A stretch of DNA of 64,000 nucleotides from an uncultured Bdellovibrionales bacterium (GTDB lineage Bacteria; Patescibacteriota; Minisyncoccia; Moranbacterales; UBA1568): the NCBI GenBank assembly GCA_964384235.1, contig CAYLJX010000001.1:169110-233109 (forward strand), given 5' to 3'. The position numbers and the translations under genes were made by a program. Shown here piece after piece: positions 26,103 to 35,509 of the stretch (position 1 is the stretch's first letter; each line of letters starts with the position of its first letter). The notes below the pieces were generated by a model. That model was given only the letters and a program-made list of their open reading frames with translations. It had not been told where the DNA came from and did no database searches.

Positions 26103-26789
26103 ATGAGGTTTGATATTATTTCCATTTTTCCGGAAAGTTTCCAGTCATACTTCGGTGTGTCTATTTTGAAGCGTGCGCAGGAGGAGCAGTTGATAGATAT
26201 CCACTTGCATAATCTGCGCGAGTATACCCATGATAAGCGTCAGACCGTCGACGATACGCCCTATGGCGGGGGAGCGGGGATGGTGCTCAAAGTGGAACCG
26301 ATCGCGGAAGCGATTGAAGCAGTCAACAGTCAACAGTCAACAGTGAACAGTGAAGAACAGAAAACACGAACAATACTGTTTTCAGCGAAGGGGAAGACGT
26401 TTACGCAGCAGGATGCGCGAAGACTCGCACGGTATGATCGGCTCATCATGGTCTGTGGCCGCTACGAGGGCGTCGATGAGCGCGTGGCGGAACATCTGGT
26501 CGACGAGGAGCTCTCGATCGGAGAGTACGTACTTACGGGTGGGGAACTGCCGGCCATGATCGTCGTCGACGCGGTGACGCGCCTCCTGCCGGGAGCGCTC
26601 GGGAACGACGAGAGCAGCGAGGAAGAATCCCATACTGAAGAAGGGATGATAGAACATCCGCAGTACACCAAGCCGGAAGAATATCGCGGATGGAAAGTCC
26701 CTGAAGTCTTGTTGTCCGGCCATCACGGAGAAATCGCCAAGTGGAGAAAGGAACGACAGAAAAAATCTGATGAGAATCAAGGACTGTAA
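26103..26789 (+). CDS. trmD: tRNA (guanine37-N1)-methyltransferase
   Basis: [11 protein letters not shown]..., GGGAGMVLK, and SPOUT-knot region [13 protein letters not shown]. Contains a short in-frame (CAGTCAA)n heptamer tract. Confidence 0.9.
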   Translation: MRFDIISIFPESFQSYFGVSILKRAQEEQLIDIHLHNLREYTHDKRQTVDDTPYGGGAGMVLKVEPIAEAIEAVNSQQSTVNSEEQKTRTILFSAKGKTFTQQDARRLARYDRLIMVCGRYEGVDERVAEHLVDEELSIGEYVLTGGELPAMIVVDAVTRLLPGALGNDESSEEESHTEEGMIEHPQYTKPEEYRGWKVPEVLLSGHHGEIAKWRKERQKKSDENQGL

Positions 26790-26993
26790 CGAGATTTTCG
26801 TTTCGTTTGAAACCTGGAAGGTCAGATCTCCCTTTTCGGAGTCTTGAAGATCCGAAAGCGGGCATGGTTCCGACTGGCAAGGAGGAGAGCGAAGGAGCTT
26901 CAGGAGTGAGGGTGCGCGCCGGGCAACCGAGCGACTCCGAAAAGGGAGGCTGACCTGAAAGAGTTCGCGATTTGAAGAAAAATTCAAAGATTC

Positions 26994-28109
26994 ATGACAA
27001 AAACACCGATACAAAAACCATTCGATCGCACGCTCTTCATCACTATCCTGATGCTCCTCGGGATCGGGCTTCTGATGATCGCGAGTGCCGGAGTCGTCTT
27101 CGGTAAGGTGCGCTTCGGTGACGAATACTACTTCTTCAAACAGCAGCTCATCGGCCTCGGTTTCGGACTGGCCGCACTCTTCATTTTCCAGCGTATCCAC
27201 TACCGGGTGTGGCAGAAGCTCGTCCTCCCTATCTTCCTCGTCGCTTTGGGACTCTTAGTCCTCGTCTTCATCCCGGGCTTCGGGACGACCGTGTACGGCG
27301 CGGCGCGCTGGGTGGAGCTCGGACCGCTCTCCTTCCAGCCGTCGGAAGTGATGAAGTTCGCCATCATTCTCTATCTTTCCGCCTGGCTTTCCAACAAGGG
27401 ACAGCGGAAGGCCGCGGATTTTTTCGAGGGATTCGTGCCGTTTCTCGTGATCCTCTCCATCGTGGGATTCCTCATCATCAAGCAACCGGACACGGGGACG
27501 CTCGGGCTCATCTTCCTTATGTCGCTTTCAGTGTTCTTCGCCTCGGGTGCGAGTATCGCGCATCTCGGGTATCTCTTTCTGGCGGGACTTCTCTTTCTTT
27601 TCATACTTATCAAGACTGCCCCGTACCGTATGCAGCGTTTTCTCGTGTATATCAATCCGGAGCATGACCCTCTCGGATTCGGGTATCAGATGACTCAGGC
27701 GCTCTTGGCTATCGGTTCCGGTGGCATCCTCGGGGTCGGTCTCGGACACAGTCGGCAGAAATTCAACTACCTTCCCGAGCCGGTGACGGACTCGATCTTT
27801 GCGGTACTCGGGGAGGAGCTCGGGTTGATCGGGGCGGTGGTCGTGGTCGGCCTTTTCCTTATGGTGGCCTGGCGCGGATTGAAGATCGCCAAGAGCGCTC
27901 CGGACGAGTTCGGCAAGCTGGTCGCGGTCGGTATCACGTCGTGGATCGTCTTTCAGGCCTTCATCAATATGGCGGCCATCACGGGACTCATCCCGCTCAC
28001 CGGTATTCCCTTGCCCTTTATCAGCTACGGCGGCACGTCTTTGGTGGTGCTTCTGGCGGCCGTTGGCATCTTGTTAAACATCAGTAAACACTCTACACTG
28101 AAAGCATGA
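26994..28109 (+). CDS. ftsW: SEDS-family peptidoglycan glycosyltransferase FtsW/RodA
   Basis: 10-TM SEDS protein with conserved periplasmic loop (PEPVTDSIFAVLGEELG). Confidence 0.85.
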   Translation: MTKTPIQKPFDRTLFITILMLLGIGLLMIASAGVVFGKVRFGDEYYFFKQQLIGLGFGLAALFIFQRIHYRVWQKLVLPIFLVALGLLVLVFIPGFGTTVYGAARWVELGPLSFQPSEVMKFAIILYLSAWLSNKGQRKAADFFEGFVPFLVILSIVGFLIIKQPDTGTLGLIFLMSLSVFFASGASIAHLGYLFLAGLLFLFILIKTAPYRMQRFLVYINPEHDPLGFGYQMTQALLAIGSGGILGVGLGHSRQKFNYLPEPVTDSIFAVLGEELGLIGAVVVVGLFLMVAWRGLKIAKSAPDEFGKLVAVGITSWIVFQAFINMAAITGLIPLTGIPLPFISYGGTSLVVLLAAVGILLNISKHSTLKA

Positions 28110-29230
28110 ACGACATTCCACGAGTAGTCCTGACAGGCGGGGTTTCCGGCGGGCACACGTTTCCCTTGGTCGCGGTCGCCCGGGAGCTGAAACGACAGTT
28201 TCCCGACGGTATCGAATTTCTCTTCATCGGTTCCCAGGGCCGCTTCGAAAGCGAGGCGATGGCAGTCGAACAGATTCCGGTCGTCTCCGTGCAGACGGGT
28301 AAGTGGCGCCGGTATTTTTCTTTACAGAATTTTACCGATCTTTTCCGTATCCCGATCGGATTTCTCCAATCTTTGTGGTACCTTTTCCGGTTTCTCCCGG
28401 ACGCGGTATTCGCCAAGGGAGGATCGGCTTCGGTGCCGGTGGTGCTCGCCGCCCGTCTCTATCGTATCCCGGTCATTATCCATGATTCTGATGCCGTAGC
28501 GGGAAGAGCCAACCGGTTCCTTTCACATTTCGCACAGCGTATTGCGATCGCGTATCCGAGCGCGCACCGGTTCTTCCCCGAGGAACGGACGGCACTGACC
28601 GGCAATCCTGTCCGGGAAGAGATCCTTGCAGGAGATGTTTCCCGTGCCGCAGCATCGTTCGGATTGCAAGCGGAAAAGCCGGCCGTGTTGGTAATTGGCG
28701 GGAGCCAGGGGGCGAGGATTCTCAACGTAGCGTGTCTTCGGGTCGTTCCGGCACTTTTGGAAAAAGGAGTGCAGGTCATCCATCAGACGGGGAGTGAAAA
28801 TTTCGATGATGTGGCTGACGCGGCCGAGGCTGTCGGCATACGGAGCGGGGAGAGAGGCTACGTGGCGGTACCGTTCATGACGGCCGAAGGCGTGGCGGAT
28901 GCACTCGCGCTCGCGACGGTCGTCGTATCGCGTGCTGGTGCCAGTTCGATCGCGGAACTCGCCGCGACCAGGAAAGCCGCTATCCTGGTGCCGCTCGGGA
29001 GCGCCGCCAACGACGAACAGCGGATGAACGCCTATGATATCGCCGACATCGGCGGAGCGGTCGTCCTCGAAGAAGGGAACCTCGGCGAACACCTGCTCCT
29101 GGAAAAGATCGAGGAGCTTTTGGGGAATGCTGAGCTGCGGACAACCATGGGACAAAAGATCTCCGCCTTCTATCATCCCGATGCCGCTCTCGCCATCGCT
29201 TCCGGTATCCGTGACGTGATGGTCAAATGA
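28106..29230 (+). CDS. murG: Undecaprenyl-PP-MurNAc-pentapeptide UDP-GlcNAc transferase
   Basis: GGVSGGHTFP N-terminus and C-terminal GT28 domain; its start overlaps the ftsW stop (ATGA). Confidence 0.9.
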   Translation: MNDIPRVVLTGGVSGGHTFPLVAVARELKRQFPDGIEFLFIGSQGRFESEAMAVEQIPVVSVQTGKWRRYFSLQNFTDLFRIPIGFLQSLWYLFRFLPDAVFAKGGSASVPVVLAARLYRIPVIIHDSDAVAGRANRFLSHFAQRIAIAYPSAHRFFPEERTALTGNPVREEILAGDVSRAAASFGLQAEKPAVLVIGGSQGARILNVACLRVVPALLEKGVQVIHQTGSENFDDVADAAEAVGIRSGERGYVAVPFMTAEGVADALALATVVVSRAGASSIAELAATRKAAILVPLGSAANDEQRMNAYDIADIGGAVVLEEGNLGEHLLLEKIEELLGNAELRTTMGQKISAFYHPDAALAIASGIRDVMVK

Positions 29231-29270
29231 TGTTTTCTGTACTCCTGACTTCCGTATTTTTCTGAACCGT

Positions 29271-30689
29271 ATGGATCTGAAACGATTGTCCCAACTGAAA
29301 AGCGTCCATATGATCGGCATCAAGGGTGCCGGGATGACGGCGCTCGCGGAACTCCTGAAGAAGCAGGGCGTCGCGGTGAGCGGTTCCGACACGGACGAAG
29401 TCTTTTTCACCGATCGCATTCTCAAGAAGGAGAAAATTCCCGTCACGGAGCATTTCGCTCCCGAGAACATCCCGGAGAATGTCAAAGCAGTCATCTATTC
29501 TACCGCCTACACTCCGGAGAAGAACGATGAACTGAAAGCGGCCTTCGAAAGGAAGAATCTGCCGGTACTTAGTTATCCGGAAGCGTTGGGGCTACTCACT
29601 CAGGAGAAAATGACACTCGCGGTCTGCGGTACCCATGGCAAGACGACCACGAGCGCGCTTTTGGCGGAGACACTCGAACACTGCGGACTGGATCCGTCGG
29701 CCATCGTGGGGAGCCGCATCATGAATTGGGAGGGAAACGCTCTTTCCGGAGAGGGGAAATATCTCGTCCTGGAAGCGGATGAATATCAGAACAAACTCGC
29801 CCAATACCAGCCCTTCGGGGCGATCCTCACCAGCGCGGACTATGATCACCCCGATTTCTTTCCCGATGAGAAGAGTTACGAGGAGGTTTTCGTCGAGTTC
29901 GTGAAGAAGATCCCGGCGCATGGTGTCCTGGTCTACTGCGCGGATTCGGCCGAGGTGGTCCGGATCGCTGAGCACGCGACGTGCAAAAAATTCTCCTACG
30001 GCTTTCTCGAGGGAGCGGATTTCCAGATCGTCGAGTACCGGCCGATTCCGCCGGGTTTTCTCGAAGACGGGCATGCTCTTCGGCAGTCGTTCTCCGTCAT
30101 CTATCAGGGGTCGCGCCTGGGGGAATGTTCACTCCGGTTGGCCGGGCGGCACAACGCCCTCAATGCGACAGCGGTCCTCGCGATGGCACTCTTTCTCAAT
30201 CAGGATATCGAGACGGTGACGGCCGCTTTCAAAAAGTTCTCCGGGACGGAGCGCCGGTTCGAGTATATCGGCGAACGCTACGGGGCGCTCATCTATGACG
30301 ACTATGCCCATCATCCCGAGGAGATCCGTGTGACACTGCGGGCGTTCCGTGATCTCTTTCCGGAGAAGAAGCTCCACGTCATCTTCCATCCGCACACCTT
30401 TACGCGCACCAAGGCACTCCTCACGGATTTCGCGCAGAGCTTCGACGATGCCGACAGCGTGGCGATTTTGGATATCTACGGGAGCGCTCGCGAGGAGCAG
30501 GGGGGTGTCTCGTCACAGGACCTCGTCGACCTCATCAACCGCTTTTTCCCCGGCAAAGCGACTCATGTTCCGTCGGTACCGGAACTCATCGGGGAAACGG
30601 AATCGAAGATGGGACGTCAGGATATCGTGATCACGCTCGGCGCCGGCAACGTCTGGGAGATTTCGCACGCGCTAGCGAAGAAAAAATAG
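29271..30689 (+). CDS. murC: UDP-N-acetylmuramate--L-alanine ligase
   Basis: IGIKGAGMTALAELL and GTHGKTTTS P-loop; Mur ligase middle and C-terminal domains. Confidence 0.92.
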   Translation: MDLKRLSQLKSVHMIGIKGAGMTALAELLKKQGVAVSGSDTDEVFFTDRILKKEKIPVTEHFAPENIPENVKAVIYSTAYTPEKNDELKAAFERKNLPVLSYPEALGLLTQEKMTLAVCGTHGKTTTSALLAETLEHCGLDPSAIVGSRIMNWEGNALSGEGKYLVLEADEYQNKLAQYQPFGAILTSADYDHPDFFPDEKSYEEVFVEFVKKIPAHGVLVYCADSAEVVRIAEHATCKKFSYGFLEGADFQIVEYRPIPPGFLEDGHALRQSFSVIYQGSRLGECSLRLAGRHNALNATAVLAMALFLNQDIETVTAAFKKFSGTERRFEYIGERYGALIYDDYAHHPEEIRVTLRAFRDLFPEKKLHVIFHPHTFTRTKALLTDFAQSFDDADSVAILDIYGSAREEQGGVSSQDLVDLINRFFPGKATHVPSVPELIGETESKMGRQDIVITLGAGNVWEISHALAKKK

Positions 30690-30853
30690 AAAAAATTTTC
30701 CCGAAAACCTTCCTATTCGAGACACTTAAAATTCCGAGCGGGCACGGTTCCGCCGAAGAGGTGGAGAGCGAGGAATTTTAGGAACGAGTGACTCGCCGGG
30801 GAAACGAGTGTGGTCGAGAAAGGAAGGTTGAGGGAAAAATTAAAACCACACCT

Positions 30854-31783
30854 ATGTTCACCGTCAAAAGAAACGTACCACTGGCTCCGATGACTACCTT
30901 CAAGATCGGAGGCAAGGCGGAATACTTCACGGAAGTCTCCGGCGCGTTGGAGCTGGCTGAGGCGCTCGAGTACGCCGAGAACAACAAGTTGCCTGTGTTC
31001 GTCTTCGGCGGCGGGAGCAATATCCTGTTTTCCGACAAAGGTTTCGCCGGCATAGTCATCCGGCTTCAGAACGGCGGGCTCAAAGTAAGCGGTGAGAAGA
31101 TCATCGTCGGGGCCGGTATCCCGCTCTTCGACGTGGTCAAAGCGGCTCGGGACGCTGGCCTTGCCGGTATCGAGAACCTGGCCGGCATCCCGGGATCTTT
31201 CGGTGGTGCGGTGCGCGGCAACGCCGGAGCGTTCGGAACGGAAATCGGTTCGGTCATATCAACGGTCAAGGCCTTCGCTCAGGATACGGGGCTGCTCACC
31301 GAGTATCGCAGAGACGAATGTGATTTCGGCTACCGTACCAGTCTTTTCAAGAAGCGACCGGGAACGATAGTCATTTCCGCGGAACTCATCCTGAAACCGG
31401 GAAACAGACAAGAGCTTGAGCGTATCGTGGAGGAAACGGTAGCGAAGCGCGAGGCCAAGCATCCGCAGTCGGCGAGCTGTGCCGGATCGTTCTTCATCAA
31501 TCCGATCGTCGAGGATGCAAACCTTTTGGAAGAATTCGAGAAGGATAACGGCGAACCGGCCCGCGGCGGCAAGCTGCCTGCCGGTTGGCTCATCGATCAT
31601 GCGGGACTGCGCGGAAAAAAAGTCGGCGGTGCACAGATCAGCGACCGTCATCCGAACTATCTCGTGAATACGGGGAACGCGACGGCCGAGGATGTCGTCA
31701 TGCTCGCAAGTCTTGTCAAGCAGCGCGTGCGTGACGAGCTTGGTGTCCAGCTCAAGGAAGAAGTACAGCTCGTGGGATTCTGA
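30854..31783 (+). CDS. murB: UDP-N-acetylenolpyruvoylglucosamine reductase
   Basis: FAD-binding region (TTFKIGG...FVFGGGSN, GIPGSFGGAVRGNAGAFG); C-terminal MurB domain. The ATG at 30854 is within track ORF 30788.. Confidence 0.9.
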   Translation: MFTVKRNVPLAPMTTFKIGGKAEYFTEVSGALELAEALEYAENNKLPVFVFGGGSNILFSDKGFAGIVIRLQNGGLKVSGEKIIVGAGIPLFDVVKAARDAGLAGIENLAGIPGSFGGAVRGNAGAFGTEIGSVISTVKAFAQDTGLLTEYRRDECDFGYRTSLFKKRPGTIVISAELILKPGNRQELERIVEETVAKREAKHPQSASCAGSFFINPIVEDANLLEEFEKDNGEPARGGKLPAGWLIDHAGLRGKKVGGAQISDRHPNYLVNTGNATAEDVVMLASLVKQRVRDELGVQLKEEVQLVGF

Positions 31784-32192
31784 AAGATATTTCTCGTCCG
31801 GACGTAGTACGGAGTGAAGAAGAAAATTCAATCACGGTATCTTCGACCAACCCCCTATGAAGATGCTTCCGAAAAAAAACGAAACGAAAACGCATCACGA
31901 TGATCATATCGTGATGACAGGCAGGCCGATCGGCAGGACGTACGCGTCACGCTGACCGGCCTGTTTTCTTTTCGAAAAAAACAAAAACAAACAATAACGG
32001 GCAAGAAACCTTTTTGAGAGAGCTCGTTTTTTCTTTTTGGAATTTTCAGGAAGTCATCGCTTCGGAGCAGGGGAGCCGAAGGTCGAAAGCGGATGACGGG
32101 GAACGTATAATCCGTAATCAATGATCAAAAATCCATCAATGTCGGCAACAGGTTTCCAAGGGTGAAGGAAGTCTGCTCCCGATACCAATCCT

Positions 32193-32765
32193 ATGCTGAA
32201 TATCATAAAAAGCCTGGTAGTCGTCATGGTAGCGGCGGCGGTCGTGAGCGGGGCGACCTATGCCGTGTTTTCCGCCACGGACTCCATCGATGACAACACC
32301 ATCACGACGGCCACCATCACGTTCGACGCCAAGGGCGAAGCGAACGAGACGACCTTGGCCAAACCGCTCAGTGCCAGCGGCCTTCTGCCGGGGGAATTTT
32401 CCGACTGGGCGCGCGGTGCGCTCTACAATCAGAGTGCCGTGCCGGTGAAGTTTTACATGTACGTGGACAACCTGGACGGTGCCGCCTGCCCCAAGGTCAA
32501 TCTGCGGGTGACGACCGGTCATGCCGGGAGCGACGCGGGTGAACGGGCGAGAGACGTCTTCAATGACGCGCTCCTCGATCTGGCAGGGGAGGCGAACCGG
32601 ATCGAAGTGACGGGTGTTCCTCCGTTCGAGACGGCCGGTCCCAATATCACGCAGGTGATCCAGCAGCGGGCACAACTCGACGAATCGACGGACAACGGTT
32701 CGCAGGGACAGGGCTGTACCTGGGATGAAGTCTTCATCGCGGAAGGTGCTCCCGAAGAAGAATAG
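32193..32765 (+). CDS. TasA/camelysin-like secreted protein with SipW-cognate class signal peptide (copy 1)
   Basis: N-terminus MLNIIKSLVVVMVAAAVVSGATYAVFSATDS matches the SipW-cognate (G-[GA]-T-[YW]-A-x-F-[ST]-x-[TD]) signal class known from TasA/CalY. Paralogous to the next gene. Confidence 0.7.
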   Translation: MLNIIKSLVVVMVAAAVVSGATYAVFSATDSIDDNTITTATITFDAKGEANETTLAKPLSASGLLPGEFSDWARGALYNQSAVPVKFYMYVDNLDGAACPKVNLRVTTGHAGSDAGERARDVFNDALLDLAGEANRIEVTGVPPFETAGPNITQVIQQRAQLDESTDNGSQGQGCTWDEVFIAEGAPEEE

Positions 32766-32806
32766 ATCCGATACTTTCTTCATACATAATACGTAATACC
32801 ACACAT

Positions 32807-33421
32807 ATGGGAGGGATCATACGAAGCATATTCATCGTTCTGGCCGCCGTGGCCATCGTCGGTGTCGGGACGTACTCGTTCTTCAGTACGACCGATACGG
32901 CGAGCGGCAATACGATCACGGCTGGGACGCTTGCGATCGATCTTCTGAACCAGAACACGAGTAATCCGCTTCTGTTCAACATACCGAATGTCCTGCCGGG
33001 ACAGGAGGTATCGGTGAACTTCGACGTGAAGAACGACTCCGTCGCTTCCGGTGTCCAGCTGCGCGGGGCGGCTTTTGGGGCGTGGGACAACGTCTCGGGC
33101 GGGGACAACACACTGTTCAAGGTGACCAAGGTGGAGCGTTGGAACGGTGCGGCGTGGGTGACACTCGCTTCCAATCCGGGCGGCATCACCGGTATCTTCT
33201 ATGACAGCGCCGACGGTACCGACGATGAGGCGAACGACGGCGGAGCCGATGCCTTGTTCACGGTTCCGGCCGGAGGCAAGGACCAGTTCCAGCTCACGGT
33301 GAAGTTCGACGAGTCGGCGGGAGATGTCTATCAGGGAGAGCAGTACAACGCCGCCATCAAGGTCCAGGCCCGTCAGAACGGTGCGACGACCTGGCCGGTA
33401 GATCTCAATACCGGTTTCTAG
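32807..33421 (+). CDS. TasA/camelysin-like secreted protein with SipW-cognate class signal peptide (copy 2)
   Basis: N-terminus MGGIIRSIFIVLAAVAIVGVGTYSFFSTTDTASGNTITAGTL, comparable to TasA GGGTWAAFND...SGTL. Confidence 0.7.
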   Translation: MGGIIRSIFIVLAAVAIVGVGTYSFFSTTDTASGNTITAGTLAIDLLNQNTSNPLLFNIPNVLPGQEVSVNFDVKNDSVASGVQLRGAAFGAWDNVSGGDNTLFKVTKVERWNGAAWVTLASNPGGITGIFYDSADGTDDEANDGGADALFTVPAGGKDQFQLTVKFDESAGDVYQGEQYNAAIKVQARQNGATTWPVDLNTGF

Positions 33422-33489
33422 TCGCGGTTTCTCCGGGGTCGTCCCTTCGAGGGGGCGAAGGGACGATCGGGAGAAGTCGTGTCTGAAAC

Positions 33490-34128
33490 ATGCCTGAGAA
33501 TATGATGAAAAAAATCCTCACGTTTTCCGTCAATGCGATTCTCCTCGGTATGGTCATCCTGGGAGCGTTGATCATCCTCTCGCTCTTGCCGATTCCGGGG
33601 AAGTACCGCATCTATGTGGTACAGTCCGGTTCGATGGAGCCGACCATCCGGACCGGAAGCCTCATTTTCGTGAAGCCGCAAAGCGGATATGCGACAGGCG
33701 ATATCGTGACGTGGCGTCCCATCTCGGGCAGGACGACCGTCACGCACCGTATCGTCGAGACGAAGGAGCGGGACGGTCGGACGGTCTTCTTCACCAAGGG
33801 GGATGCCAATGAGGCTCGGGACGAGGCGATGCAGGAGCAGCAGATCGTCGGCAAGACGCTCTTCTCCCTTCCGTATCTCGGCTACCCGGTCAACCTCGCG
33901 AAAACCAGGGCGGGGTTCCTGCTCTTGGTCATCCTCCCGGCTTTTCTCATCGTGCTCGATGAGGTCAATAACATCCGCAAGGAACTGGAGCGGCGCTCTC
34001 TCCGAAGGAAAGAAGAGCGAAGGCAGGCTGAAGCGTTTCCAGAAGATATTCCTTTCAGGGTGACATACCCAAAAAATATGAGATCGATGGACGGGATCGT
34101 ACGGTGGCGTCCCTTGAAGACGGTATAA
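33490..34128 (+). CDS. sipW: Signal peptidase I, SipW type (S26B, archaeal/ER-type)
   Basis: Catalytic-Ser box VVQSGSMEPTI, the THRIV box, the TKGDAN box; N-terminal TM and a C-terminal TM plus charged tail. Confidence 0.8.
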   Translation: MPENMMKKILTFSVNAILLGMVILGALIILSLLPIPGKYRIYVVQSGSMEPTIRTGSLIFVKPQSGYATGDIVTWRPISGRTTVTHRIVETKERDGRTVFFTKGDANEARDEAMQEQQIVGKTLFSLPYLGYPVNLAKTRAGFLLLVILPAFLIVLDEVNNIRKELERRSLRRKEERRQAEAFPEDIPFRVTYPKNMRSMDGIVRWRPLKTV

Positions 34129-34138
34129 GACGACCGAT

Positions 34139-34636
34139 ATGCCTCGTATCATGAAAAACATCTTCTTGTCCGCGTTCGTCTGTTTTTCGTTGATCATTTC
34201 GGTCTCTTCCGGGACCCGTTCGACATACTCCGATGAGGACAGGATACGGGGGCACCGGATCGACACGGGACATTGGGAAGAGGAATCCCATGAGAAGGAA
34301 AAAGACCACAAGGAAAAAGACCGGGAAAAAGATATGGATGATGAGAAGGAAGATGAGCACGACGATGCGGTGGCGACGAAAGAAGACGAAGAGTCTCATG
34401 AATCTGCCGCAGTGTCCTCTGTCGCGGAGGAACAAGAAAAAGAAGAGGAAGGAAAACCGGAAGAATCAGAACCTTTGATCGGGTTGCAAAATGCATCGGA
34501 AGAAAAGACTGAAGGGAGTGAAGCGACCAAGGAAGAAAATGAAGAAAAGGAGAAATCCTTGGAAGATTTGGAAGACGATGAGTCGGAGCGGGAGAACGGG
34601 ATGCCTAAGTCCGATGAAGATACGGCAGAAGAGTAG
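34139..34636 (+). CDS. Small secreted, extremely acidic low-complexity (E/K/D-rich) protein, last gene of the sipW locus
   Basis: Signal peptide, then SSGTRSTYSDED, followed by about 130 aa rich in E/D/K. Lower GC than its neighbours. Confidence 0.5.
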   Translation: MPRIMKNIFLSAFVCFSLIISVSSGTRSTYSDEDRIRGHRIDTGHWEEESHEKEKDHKEKDREKDMDDEKEDEHDDAVATKEDEESHESAAVSSVAEEQEKEEEGKPEESEPLIGLQNASEEKTEGSEATKEENEEKEKSLEDLEDDESERENGMPKSDEDTAEE

Positions 34637-34639
34637 CGT

Positions 34640-35473
34640 CTAGCTTTTCTCGAGGAAAAGGGCGGTTTTTCCTTCCGTGAGATTGTCGCTTCCTTTTAGG
34701 GCTTTCACGGAGAAGATACCGAGATCGAAGAGGCGGACGGCTGCCTGGAACGACATGAGCTCGGTCTCGCCGTAGACGATCGTCTGTCGGGCGGGCGGAA
34801 TCTCACCCGCGCGCTTCTCCAGTTCGCTTAAGGGGATGTTGACGGCGCCTTGGAGATGGATTTTCCGGAAAGCTTCCGGAGTCCGGACATCGAGCACGAA
34901 GAGGCCGGTGTTTCGATCGGCAAAAAGTTTCTTCAGCTCGTCCGCCGAGACAAAGGTGACTTTGGACTGGTCGACGAAGGAATTGGGATCGCCGGCCGAG
35001 AGGAGCCGGTTGCCGCCCTGCTTCCAGGCCTCGAACCCTCCCTCCAGGAAGAAGTAGGGGAATGATTTCCGGGCGAGGATGTTTCGGGCCGTCTCGTAGG
35101 CCGCCAGGTCCTGTTCCGAGAAAACGATGACGACGAGTTCATTCTTTCCGGGAGCCAGGTTTTCCAGGCTGCTTCCCGGCAGGGAGACAGAGTTCGGAAT
35201 GTGTTCGGCATCAAAGGCTTCTCGGGGTCGGATGTCGACGACGTATGTCTTTTCACCGTTCTGGATTTTTTTCCGGAGAACTTCGGGAGAGATGGTAGCG
35301 GTTTGGTCCTTCGATTTCGTTTCCTCCTTTTTGGCGAGATCGTTTATTTCCTGTTCCTTTTCGGACTTCGACCGCAGGATATCCTTCCCGATGAAGTACG
35401 CGCCCACGAGCAGGATAAGCCCGATACCGATGAGAACGGCCGTGACGTCATGTTTTCTGTTTTTTTGGGACAT
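34640..35473 (-). CDS. Membrane-anchored tandem rhodanese-domain sulfurtransferase-like protein
   Basis: N-terminal TM followed by two rhodanese-like domains (YVVDIRPREAFDAEHIPNSVSLP ... FVLDVRTPEAFRKIHLQGAVNIP). Confidence 0.7.
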   Translation of the reverse strand: MSQKNRKHDVTAVLIGIGLILLVGAYFIGKDILRSKSEKEQEINDLAKKEETKSKDQTATISPEVLRKKIQNGEKTYVVDIRPREAFDAEHIPNSVSLPGSSLENLAPGKNELVVIVFSEQDLAAYETARNILARKSFPYFFLEGGFEAWKQGGNRLLSAGDPNSFVDQSKVTFVSADELKKLFADRNTGLFVLDVRTPEAFRKIHLQGAVNIPLSELEKRAGEIPPARQTIVYGETELMSFQAAVRLFDLGIFSVKALKGSDNLTEGKTALFLEKS

Positions 35474-35509
35474 GACTTTTCGTTTCGGATGTTTCTTGAA
35501 ACAAAGACC

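Noticed and set aside
31784-32192. c-di-GMP (GEMM) riboswitch in the long leader of the TasA/SipW operon
   Set aside because: No GEMM-I/II conserved cores (GGGCAAAC... / tetraloop-receptor arrangement) are recognisable by eye. The leader instead contains a palindrome (CATCACGAT-gatcat-ATCGTGATG), the murB terminator and a TATAAT box.
34139-34636. Acidic secreted protein as a third SipW-cognate substrate
   Set aside because: Its post-signal sequence (SSGTRSTYSDED) only loosely resembles the G-T-Y-A-x-F-S-x-TD motif, so it is insufficient to call. It is retained as a possibility in the TasA/SipW finding.
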